This document shows positions 1 to 10,149 of a stretch of DNA of 64,000 bases, piece after piece (the stretch's first letter is position 1; every line of letters begins with the position of its first letter). The notes under the pieces are model-generated. The model saw only the letters and a program-made list of their open reading frames with translations. It was not told the DNA's origin and did not search any database. The translations under genes were made by a program, and so were the position numbers. The stretch is from Chiloscyllium plagiosum (lineage: Eukaryota). Where the stretch lies: NCBI RefSeq assembly GCF_004010195.1, contig NC_057743.1, forward strand, positions 19,536,192-19,600,191. The letters run 5' to 3'.

Positions 1-880
1 TCCTATCTGCTTTCCACAAAGACCGTTCCCTCTGTAACTACCTGGTCAGGTCCACGCCTCCCAATAACCCACCCTCCCCTCCTTGCACCTTCACCTGCCA
101 CCGCAGGAATTGCAAAATTTGTGCCCATACCTCCCCCCTCAACTCCATCCAAGGCCCCAAAGGAGCCTTCTACATCCATTAACGTTTCACCTGCACTTCC
201 ACAAATGTCATTTATTGCATCCGTTGCTCGCGATGAGGTATCCTTTACATTGGGGAGACTGGATGCCTTCTCACAGAGCGCTTCAGAGAACATCTCTGGG
301 ACACCCACACCAATCAAACCCACCGCCCTGTCGCTGAACATTTCAACTCCCCCTCCCACACTGCTGAGGACATGCAGGTCCTAGGTCTCCTCCACCACCA
401 CTCCCTCACCACCTAATGCCTGGAGGAAGAATGCTTCATCTTCTGCCTCAGGACCCTTCAACCCCAGGGCATCAATATGAATTCACCAGTTTCCTCATTT
501 CTCCTCACCCCACCTTACCACAGCTCCAAACTTCCCCAGGGCATCAATATGGACTTCACCAGTTTCCTCATTTCTCCTCACCCCACCTTACCACAGCTCC
601 AAACTTCCAGCTCAGCATCATCCTCATCACCTGTCCCACCTGTCAATCTTCCTTCCCACCTATCTGCTCCACCCTCCTCTCCGACCTATCACCTTTACTC
701 CTTCCTCCATCCACCTATTGCACTCTCAACTACCTTCTCCCTAGCCTCACCCACTCCCATTTATCTCTCCACACCTGAGACTTGCAGCCTCATTCCTGAT
801 TAAGGGCTCCTGCCCAAAATGTCAATTTTCCTGCTCCTCGGATGCTGCCTAAACTGCTATGCTTTTCCAGCACCACTCTA
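1..880 (+). mobile_element. Penelope-like element 3' fragment (GIY-YIG endonuclease region and terminal repeat), degraded
   Basis: Degenerate translation gives F.C.S.NVIYCIRC.RCG..YIGET...F.EH (GIY-YIG) and ...GTLQPQGIN. It ends in the family terminal repeat (cctgattaagggctcctgcccaaaatgtc...gatgctgcct...ttttccagcacc). A ~72 bp tandem duplication lies at about 462-606. Confidence 0.8.
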
Positions 881-980
881 AACTTTCTTCTGCTTCAGTT
901 CATTTGGCTTAGAGTAGGAATTCCAAGATTTTGCCCCGTGGCACTGAAGGAATGGCAATATATTTCCATAATGTGGAGCA

Positions 981-1069
981 TGGAAATGTGTTGCTGGAAA
1001 AGCGCAGCAGGTCAGGCAGCATCTAGGGAACAGGAGAATCAACGTTTCGGGCATTAGCCCTTCTTCAGG
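981..1069 (-). mobile_element. Short Penelope-like terminal-repeat insertion with 11-bp TSD
   Basis: Family motif ggaaaagcgcagcaggtcaggcagcatc...cccttcttcagg, flanked by aatgtggagca at 970-980 and 1070-1080. Confidence 0.8.
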
Positions 1070-1102
1070 AATGTGGAGCAGCCAGTGTTGGACTGTGGTG
1101 GG

Positions 1103-2985
1103 CAAAGTTAAAAATCACACAACACCAGGTTATAGTCCAAAAGGTTTATATGGAAGCACTAGCTTTCAGACTGCCACTCCTTCTTCAGGTGGTTGTGGAG
1201 CAGGACCATAAGATGCAGATTTTATAGCAAATGATTCCAGTGTCATGCAAGTAAAATGATATATTTTAGATTAGATTAGATTACAGTGTGGAAACAGGCC
1301 CTTCGGCCCAACAAGTCCACAACGACCCGCCGAAGCGAAACCCACCCATACCCCTACATTTACCCCTTACCTAACACTACGGGCAATTTAGTATGGCCAA
1401 TTCACCTGACCTGCACATCTTTGGACTGTGGGAGGAAACCGGAGCACCCGGAGGAAACCCACGCAGACACGGGGAGAACGTGCAAACTCCACACAGTCAG
1501 TCGCCTGAGTCGGGAATTGAACCCGGGTCTCTGGCGCTGCGAGGCAGCAGTGCTAACCACTGTGCCACCGTGCCGCCCACATACCACTGTGCTACCGTGC
1601 CGCCCACAAACCTCGATTGTTGTTAAGCCTTTCATCTTTTAGAATGAGTTACAGGTTTCGGTTCATTAATATGTAAATCCCAGAATGTCTTTTAAGTCAT
1701 ATTCTCAAGATAAGTTAAGGTTTTATTAAAAAAACGTGACCCCCTCAGCTCAGACAATGCCTTAAAAGGTATGAGGTCAGAGTTTGTCTGTATCCCAAAG
1801 TTGACTCAGACTGGTTCTATTTCCAAAGTGGAGTTTACAAAATATATGGATTGACTGTCTGCATTGACTGCCTGCTGGTTGTGTATTTTTTGAGAAAAAT
1901 AGAATGTATCTGTAAATATAATTCTGCAAATACAAATTCACCCCATAGACATTTATGTGTATGCACGTGCAGGAGAGAGAGAGCGCGAGAGAGACTACGT
2001 GCATGTGAGTGTGTGTGTGAGTGCATGGGAGAGAGTGTGCATTTGTGTGTGTGCAAGTTTGGTCAAGTGTGTAAGTGAGTGTGATGGGTTAGAAGCCCGT
2101 GAGTGGATGTGTTTGTGAGCGTAGGGGTGTATGTATGTGTGTATGAAAGAGAGTGTGTGTATGAGAGAAGGTCTGTGTGAGTGTGTGATGTGTAAGAGAG
2201 AGTGTGTATATGTGCTTGTATGAAAGAGAGTGTATAGTGTAGTGGGGTCACCTGTAGTGTGACATGAATCCAAAGTCCCGGTTGAGGCCATCCTCATGGG
2301 TACCGAGCTTGGCTATCAGCCTCTGCTCGGCTACTTTGCATTGTTGCCTGTCCCGAAGTGCGCCTTGGATGATGGTCACCCAAAAATCCGAGGTTGATCG
2401 TCCCAGACTGCTGAAGTGTTACCCGACTGGGAGGGAACACCCCTGTCTAGTGACTGTTGTGCGGTGTCCAGTTGATCGTTATTGTAGCATCTGCTTGGTC
2501 TCGCCAATGTACCGTGACCCAGGGTACACACAAGCAAACATACACACACACACACTCACCTGCTCACACACTCACACAGACCCTCTCTCATTCAAACACT
2601 CTCTCTCGTACACGCACACATACACCCCTACACTCACCTAGGCACGCACCCTCTCACAGGCTTACACCCCATCACACTCACACACGCACTTTACCAAGCT
2701 TGCACACGCAAACACACTTTTTTTTCTAAAACCTTAACTTATCTTGAGAATGTGATTTAAAAGAAGTTCTGGGATTTACATATTAATGAACTGAAATCTG
2801 TAACTCATTCTAAAAGATGAAAGGTTTAACAACAATTGAGGTTTGTTCAGTATATCATTTTACTTGCTCGACACTGTAATCTTTTGCTATAAATTCTATG
2901 TCTTATGGTCTTAATCCACAACCACCTGATGAAGAAGCAGCGCTTCAAAGGTTAGTGCTTCCAAATACACCTATTGGACTATAAC
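1103..2985. mobile_element. Second-family Penelope-like element with inverted arrangement; split by a SINE and by the ERV (last bases resume at 10113-10137)
   Basis: 1103-1265 and 1605-1730 are inverted relative to 2725-2985. A GIY-YIG remnant (YIGET...RSTGHRT) lies on the minus strand at about 2250-2520, with CA/GT-rich tracts. The terminus ggactataac|ctggtgttgtgtgattttaa is interrupted exactly by the provirus. Confidence 0.7.
1268..1579 (-). mobile_element. tRNA-derived SINE (HE1-like shark SINE)
   Basis: The minus strand starts gggcggcacggtggcacagtggttagcactgctgcctc (A box), has a ggttcaattcc B box, a CR1/HER1-like 3' end (gggccgaagggcctgtttccacactgt) and an (AATCT)n tail. Confidence 0.9.
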
Positions 2986-4272
2986 TAAGAAAGCATGTAG
3001 CCGTAAATGTGACACATTTGCTGCAGAAAATGTACGGAAGTGCTTGTTCAGAACAACTGGGGACATCTGTTCTTCACGTCAATGGATCGGTGTAAATAAG
3101 GTGATAACATTTGTTCACTTGTGGAATGTGTGGCAGTACTTCCTTCCACACCAGAGGTGCATATTTCACAATAGGATGTACAATAACTAAATTGCTGGAT
3201 TATCAAAGACTCATAACAAAACTCATACTCAATAGAAAAAGAACTTGTAATTTAATAAGCTGTGTGGAATATGCATGTAATAGAACAATCCTGATACATT
3301 TTTATATACCACACTGATTAGATTTGAAATTCTGAGTTTCCTCATCTTGACTGTGCTGGAACGTGAATGCCTCATTACCCTTAAAGGCTAGGCAAAAAAA
3401 GACTAGGCAAAAACTGACATAGTAAGGAAGTTGGAAGATGTTTATGTGTGAGTCAGAGAGAGAAAATATTCTTCTGTAAATTAAATTCACTGACTGAAGG
3501 GTTCAAGGGATACTGAGACAGAGAGAGAGAGAGAGTAAGAGAGAGAGAGAGAGGTCAGAAGCTGGTGGAAAATTAACCCTTTGTGGTCTGATTTGAGTGA
3601 ACACTGGCTTGTCATGGATTGAATGTTTGTGTGTTGTTCCCGGGAGCTCGAGATCCAGGAATATTATGAATTTTAGAAGACCATTTTGTAGGACTTTGAT
3701 ACTGGAAATGTTAGCTGAGCGAGGTGACCCCATGACCTTTTTCACATAGTTTAGTCTCGTCTCTCATTATGATTTATGAGCCAAAGCAAATTGACCATTT
3801 GGGCCTGGCTAGATCAAGATTTCCCACTTTGATGTGCATGTGGCTTAATTAGTCAAGCATACTCAGACCTGTCAATTAATTTCTCTTCCTCTGCAAACTT
3901 TTGCCATTTTATTACTGCTTATCTGATTAAGGCCATGTGGCATTTTTGTAATTTTAATACTAAATTCTGTATAAAGACAGCTTGTTTGCAGCAATAAGGG
4001 GAGTAGCCTGAGAGAGCTCTTAGGGGTAAGAGCTGGCACCCCTTCTCTGCTAATGGTTTTAGAACCTTAACTCAAGCCTGGCTTGTAAGTCTCTACGTTA
4101 TAGTGTAACATTGATGCCATTGGTAAATAAAGGTAATAATTTAAACGAAACTGTGTGGAAGAGTTTTATATTCCAGACTACCACAGAGTACAATCTCCAG
4201 GACGAACCAAGAGAGGCTCCAGGTAGAGTCCATCAGGGATTCCCTGAGCCATCTCAAATAGGGACTTTAACA
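2986..4272 (+). repeat. 5' LTR (~1.29 kb)
   Basis: The first ~190 bp align with 9921-10101, and the end aatagggactttaaCA matches the 3' LTR end aatagatacttttaCA. It starts TA where the 3' LTR starts TG. Candidate TATA (tataaaag, ~3970) and AATAAA (~4126). The PBS follows 3 nt after the LTR end. Confidence 0.88.
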
Positions 4273-4275
4273 ATT

Positions 4276-4293
4276 TGGCGCTGTGAGCAGGGT
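4276..4293 (+). promoter_or_regulatory. Primer binding site complementary to tRNA-Ser(CGA)
   Basis: TGGCGCTGTGAGCAGGGT, 3 nt after the LTR-terminal CA. It is complementary to the vertebrate tRNA-Ser(CGA) 3' end ...CCTGCTCACAGCG-CCA (recalled sequence). Confidence 0.8.
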
Positions 4294-4557
4294 TCCAACA
4301 AGGGGTATGTGTGAGTGAAACTGGAAAACAGGTGCTTCATCTAAAGGTTGGACTCGAGACCAACAGGCCCACAAGGTAAGGTATACCTTTGTTGCTCTCT
4401 GTCTGCATCTTTGTGTGCCGCTTCTCCCATTTCACTCTCACATACCCTGACTGAATCCCAAATGAGATTGTTTAAATAGGCAGTAGAAATAGAGATCTTG
4501 TAAAGGTAAGAGACAATGGTAAGAATTTTGTGAAGGTATACAATAAATAGGATAAAT

Positions 4558-6691
4558 ATGGGTGCAACCCCAGACAAGATAGAGGGCAAATTCCCTTAAC
4601 AGAGATAGTGAGTATGTATCCTAATTATGAGAAACAAGTAAGATGAATATCGGGTACAGCTGCCCAACAGAATAAGAACTGGCCTCTGGAAGACACATAT
4701 GATCTAAAAGTACTTATGAAAGTTGAACAAGAGATATGGAGAAAAGGTTGTGGGACTAAAAAGAAAGAAGCCAGATCAGTGTGAAAAAATGTAGCTAAAG
4801 AAAAATGGGAAAAATCCATGCAATCATCTTGGAGACAAAACAGTATTAAAAAGGGTCTCAGTCCATTAACTGAGGAAGGATTTGAATTAGATTGGACAGA
4901 ACTAAAATGCAAATGTGAAGCACATGATTTAGAAACTGAATTGGAGTTGGTTAGAGAAACAATAGCAAAAAATAAAGAAGGCAGAGAACGACAACCTAAT
5001 CTGAAATTTCAGTAGTCCCAAGGAAAAGAGAAACCTGTAAATAAAAATCAGCCTGCAGCTACAGCCGCACTGGATCAGACAGATAAAAGGGACAACTCCT
5101 TATATGCCACCTATCCCAAAGGCCCATTACTGGAGGACAATGATTCTCCTGCAAGCGAGGAATTTGAATCAGATTCAGAGGAGGAGATCTTTTATTATGG
5201 CCCCCTTCCTGTTAACCGACCTCTTCCGGTTCCCCAACAGGGACTTCCTCGAAATCCACCTGTAGTATAATCAAAGCGAACACTTACTATGAAACGAAAG
5301 CACCTGAAACCCCACTCCCTATTCTGAGGATGAACGTGCCAAGGCCCATACCTTTTCTCCTCATTTGCCTCTCCTGTCCAGCATAATGAGAATTCGGATG
5401 ATCAAGGTTACCATCATCCCATTGCCACCCGCATAGGGATCAACTAAGATTAAGACGAAGGGAACCCTGAAAGGGCACCTTTGAGGGCCACTGCCCCACT
5501 ACAAATGAGTCCTGAAGACATTTATGAATTATAATCAAAGTTTAGTAACCTTAATGTTAGTCCTCGCACTCACCCTGATATGAAATGGCCAAAGGAAAAT
5601 TTCCCGACTAGAAGAATCCCTAACCCGCTTGCCCCAGAATCAGAGACAAAATCCATTTGTTAATCTTTATCAACCTTGGAAGCCTCATGAACTCTCTAGT
5701 ATCAACAATAAGGCTCCAGGTTATGGAAAAAATCCCGAAGGATTCATTAATTATATTAATAGGACTAGGACCATTTACAATGCAGTCTCCCAAGACTTAC
5801 TTAACATCATAGAATGTGCTCTTTCACCTGAAAAATGGACTATCTTCTTAGAAATTTTACAATGTAATAATCATACCCAATGCATGCTTATGCATCCAGG
5901 TAAACCTAATAAATCAGACTGAATTATTACCTGCCTCTGTCAAGCAGTGCGCCGTGCAATCGACATAAGATCCTCACATGTAAACCTCGCTCAGGCGAAG
6001 GAGCTGAGGAGTTCCTTGTCCACTTAAAGGACTGCTATGGTGCTTAGTCTGGTGACCCTCAGTACCCACAAGGACAATCGCCCCAACTTAATGCCTTATG
6101 TATGACTGTCCTTCCTGACCAGGTACAGAAAGCTATCAAAACCCGTAATATGCACTGGCAAGATGCCGATATTGAACAATTCAGCCGAGAAGTATGTTAC
6201 TTCTGGGAACTAAAGGACCCCGACAGTAAGGCCTCAACAGTTAAGGTCAAGACCAAATTTTCCCAAACTGTAGACGCCAGACCTAAACCCAGAACTGATC
6301 TTCCCATCTACAAAGCCAGCCAAGCTATTGAATGGAACCCTTATACTGTCACCCAGTATGGCAAGACAATAGGGTTGATACCGTACATCAACAACATCCC
6401 TATGGACCTTGGGGTCCTCTATTGTACCCTCCCCAACAGTCCATGATGACCCTTACCCCTTATACATCCTCCTCCTATTCCTCTCTGCCTCTCCCACTTC
6501 CTAGAGCCACCAAACGACCAGACATTAGCTTCAACTGTAATCAGCCTGGGACATTGGTCCAAGAACTGCCCTTTCCCAAGGCAGCCCCCTGTTGATCACT
6601 GAAATGGAAGAAGCTAGTAACTTTATGATTCACCCTACACAGGAACCCCAGCAATTTGCCCCTTTTACTGCAATACCGTTTCTGAAACTGA
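4558..6691 (+). pseudogene. gag: Retroviral gag (stops and frameshifts)
   Basis: Myristoylation-type start MGATPDK, matrix motif NWPLEDTYDL, a Pro-rich region, capsid-like YQPWKPHEL...KNPEGF, and a frameshifted zinc knuckle (S)FNCNQPG/HWSKNCP at about 6527-6572. Confidence 0.82.
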
Positions 6692-7950
6692 CTCCCTGAT
6701 GTAAGTCATTATCCTCCCTTGAATCTTTCCGTGGTTACCTTTAGCCCTGAGGATGAACCAATGCTAATCCTTAATGGTCATAATATTGAATTAGGGAGAT
6801 CCTCCTTTTTCCTCTTCTGATATCCTGACCATGCCTGACCTAACGTAAATACAGACCCATCTGGGGGACACCTCTGATGAGGAAAAACAAAGATGGATGA
6901 ACCATGGTTGTTATGTAAAATAGTTAGACTGAACTTTGGGTTATGCCGGGAGGACAGACATGTCTGTCTGATTCATTTTTGCCTCTTCTAGTTTACCATG
7001 TTCATATGCATTTGCATGTAGGTAAGGAGGGAATGGTGGATAGAATTCTCCAAACTTGGTGGAATCCCCATCTGCAAGAAAAAGCAAAACAAGCAGCTGC
7101 AAATTGCCTAATTTGTCAAAAGCATAGTCCTGGGAAAGGAGTAAAGTGTCCACCAGGTGAAACTCCCTTGCCAAGTGTACCTTTTGATACTATCCAGTTA
7201 GATTTTATAGAATTACCTAAATGTCATTGTTATAAGTATTGCGTAGTGATTATTGATGCATTTAATAGATGGATTGAAGCTTATCCATGTACTGACTGCA
7301 CAGCAAAAACTATCTGTAAAATTCTACTAGAGAAAATCATACCCAGGTTTGGAATACCAGTAACAGTCTCTTCCGATAATGGCCCCCACTTCTGAGCTGA
7401 GCTAAATAAGGAACTATGCAAGAGTCTGAATATGAATCAGAGATTCCATTGTGCCGTCCGTACCCAAGCAGTGGGAATTGTAGAAAGAGCCAATTGTACT
7501 TTGAAAGGCCAGCTAAGCAAGTTGATAGAGGAAACGGGCCTTAATTGGCTGCAAGTACTCCCAATTGCCCTTTTTAAATATGAGAACTGTGATCCAGAAA
7601 AAGACAGAATTCTCGGCAGCTGAACTAGTATATGGAAAGTCCCTGAGGACTCCCTGATCTGCACTACTGATGGCCTAACATCTTGTTTATGTGCATGTCA
7701 TGGCAGAAGAAATGCACAGACACTTGATTCAGCTAACCAAAGCATTGCAGTCTTATCATCAACTGGTCAAAGTCACCTATCAGGTACCAGGGAAGGAAGA
7801 AGTAAGAGCTCAAATGTTTAAAGACATCAACCCTGGTAACTATGTACTATTGAAAGACTTTAATCGTGGCAAATTGGGCCCTCACTGTAAAGGTCCTTAT
7901 CAAGTTCTTCTGACAACTGAAAGTGCAGTAAAAATGGAAGGACGTTCCAT
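6692..7950 (+). pseudogene. pol: pol remnant: protease N-terminus fused by deletion to integrase
   Basis: Integrase HHCC (H..MH.H.GKEGM...CLICQKH), catalytic motifs IQLDFIEL, SDNGPHF and GIVERAN, and C-terminal KGPYQVLLTT. No protease active site, RT YxDD or RNase H between gag and integrase. Confidence 0.9.
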
Positions 7951-7962
7951 AACCTTGATACC

Positions 7963-9866
7963 ATGAGAACACTAACGTGTCCCACTTATCACCCCAATGC
8001 CACTTGCAGAAACAAAACCAACAATTTAGGTGTAGAATGCCAGTGTAATCACAGCTACACTGGCAATGGCATTGGTGCTTTGGGATACTCCAATAATAAT
8101 GAATGTATTATTTTCCCCACTGCTCTCCTTGAAGATAGAATTTGTCAGCTTCATCAAACTTGTACCAATACTGTTGGAAGCTATGAATGCAGCTACCCAG
8201 CTGAAACTCATTTTAACTATTTACATTGCACATCCAAACATCACTTTCGATATTATTGTCACCCTCACAACACATCTATGCCAGTTGTCATGAGATGGCA
8301 TGATTCCATAACTTCATCCACGAGATCAGCCGAAATGTTTGACTGTTTCTCTCCCAAAAGGAACTACACAAATTGCAGTATTGAACACATATTATCAAAA
8401 TTGCAGAACCCTAAGACATCTATTGCTCTGAGACTGTCAACCTATACCTTCTTGAAGGAACCTTCCCTTGTCCAACCTACTGCTACTGGCAGAAATACTT
8501 TTATTCAACTTCTGCCAACAGTAGCTACTGTAGTTAACAAGACAAGCTGGAAAGGTGAAGAAAGACCAAAAATACTAAGCACCCCTAATCTCACTTCTGT
8601 TGCCAATGGTTTCTTTATTCACACTAAACTCCTCAATGAATGTGTTGTCTGCTCACTCTTCCATTATTCTGATATACAATGGATGAATAAGACTCACCCA
8701 ATTATGCAACCCCTCACCTGCAATGAAAAAACCCATTCGGTAGAAGTAGCATGTCGCTGTGTGAAGTGCACCAGCAAACCTAAAGGACTCAACGTTAACC
8801 TTATTCCACTGTTAGAATTGTGCATTGAAAGAACTTCCTATACCCATGACATGGGGCAAGTGAAGCAAGTACTGTGTAAAAATGTTATGAAACACACTGG
8901 TCATACTCCTACTCTCCATCCGTTAATGCACTTGGATAACTAAACGTTTGATAACACCCACTGTTAAAGATTCAGCCCTCGCTCTGAGTGGACTCATCAT
9001 TCATTCACAGAAGTGTGGCCTCAGAACTCCATTTAGTCTTCATTGGCTATGCGAAAACAAGGCCTTCCCATATTTATCCAATCACTGGTGTAGACGTTAT
9101 ACTTTAGTGCAACCTTACCAATTTTTACCATCCACCATAAAATGTCTAAGGTACATGACGAATGGAAAGCCCCCCAATATGTGAATTGCTACGGGACAAA
9201 AATTAGAGGAAGAAAAAACGAGACTTGCATGACTTCTTCCATCAACAAACCTGGTGGTCTAGGTTGATGGGAGGCCATATTCGTGGCTCGAGTGTTGAGA
9301 TAGCCCTAGATCAGATAGGTGACCTTGCATATGACGTTGAGAAACTGACAAACTCAACTGTTCACGCATTGAAACGAATGAACAAAGAACCATAGGAGAC
9401 CGGATGATGATGCTTCATAATCAATTAATGCTAGATTTCCTCCTTGCTAAAGAAGGAGGCGCTTGTTCACAACGTTGCACTTACATAGACGACTTCTCTA
9501 AAGACATTGTATATGACACAGATGTCATCAACAAAACAGGTGAAGACGCAGGGAAGATATTTGCTCCACTCATGTGGATGGAGTCCTACCTGCTGGCTAT
9601 GGTCAATGTGTGGATGGTTCATGTGGGATGCACTGATAATCCTTGGTCTCATCCTAGGAATATACATTGTTGTCCGCTTATGCATAAAATGGACCGTGCA
9701 TTGCTTTTCGCCTAAGCTAATCTTGTTAATCGACTTTTGTTCACTCCTGTACCTCCATGTCCGAACTTTTATGTTGAAATCAGGTATGTTAGTGACTATG
9801 CACCTCTGGATACGACTCACAAGAAAAGGCACTCAACTTGTTGAAAATACAAATGGAATGAATTGA
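7963..9866 (+). pseudogene. env: env (gamma-type) with N-terminal EGF-like modules; frameshifted
   Basis: SU motifs RNTFIQLL...VNKTS, CVVC and HWLCENKAFPYL..HW. Furin site IRGRKKR (~9202-9222), heptad IGDLAYDVEKLTNSTVHALKRMNKE, immunosuppressive-domain-like LHNQLMLDFLLAKEGGAC, (C)CTYI, and TM anchor DALIILGLILGIYIVVRLC. Confidence 0.9.
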
Positions 9867-9908
9867 CTAAATATACTTGTATATGCTGTATTGTTATCAT
9901 GAAATGAT

Positions 9909-9920
9909 AAAAGGAGGGAA
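9909..9920 (+). promoter_or_regulatory. Polypurine tract
   Basis: aaaaggagggaa immediately before the TG of the 3' LTR. Confidence 0.88.
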
Positions 9921-10112
9921 TGAGAAAGCGGGTAGCCGTAAATGTGACACATTTGCTGCAGAGATGAGGGCAAGTGCTTGTTCAGAAGAATTGGGGACAT
10001 CTGTTCTTAGCATCAATGGATCAGTGTAAATAAGGTGATAACACTTATGGAATGTGTGGCAGTACTTCCTTCTCATGCTGGAGGCACATATTTCACAATA
10101 GATACTTTTACA
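9921..10112 (+). repeat. 3' LTR with ~1.1 kb internal deletion
   Basis: TG...CA. It matches the start and the last ~16 nt of the 5' LTR, joined at an aatag microhomology. Confidence 0.85.
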
Positions 10113-10149
10113 TAACCTGGTGTTGTGTGATTTTAAAATATATTTCCAA

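Larger units (their letters stand above)
2986..10112 (+). mobile_element. Endogenous retrovirus (class I, epsilon/gamma-like), internally deleted and decayed
   Basis: Two related LTRs, PBS, PPT, gag, integrase and env in canonical order. 4-bp TSD TAAC at 2982-2985 and 10113-10116. Confidence 0.93.

Noticed and set aside
842-1105. Recurrent 'MCCWKSAAGQAAS' peptide ORFs across the window
   Set aside because: Chance translation of the Penelope terminal repeat, not a peptide gene family.
1490-1579. tRNA-like A/B boxes (also at 28690 and 33285)
   Set aside because: These are SINE heads. There is no complete cloverleaf, and they are followed by SINE body and tail.
1940-2730. His/Thr-rich and Cys/Val-rich ORFs
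   Set aside because: Translations of (CA)/(GT)-rich low-complexity tracts inside a Penelope-like element.
7963-8229. EGF modules as exons of a host gene overlapping the provirus
   Set aside because: They lie inside the TSD-bounded provirus, are in frame with env SU, and show no intron between the two modules or convincing flanking splice sites.
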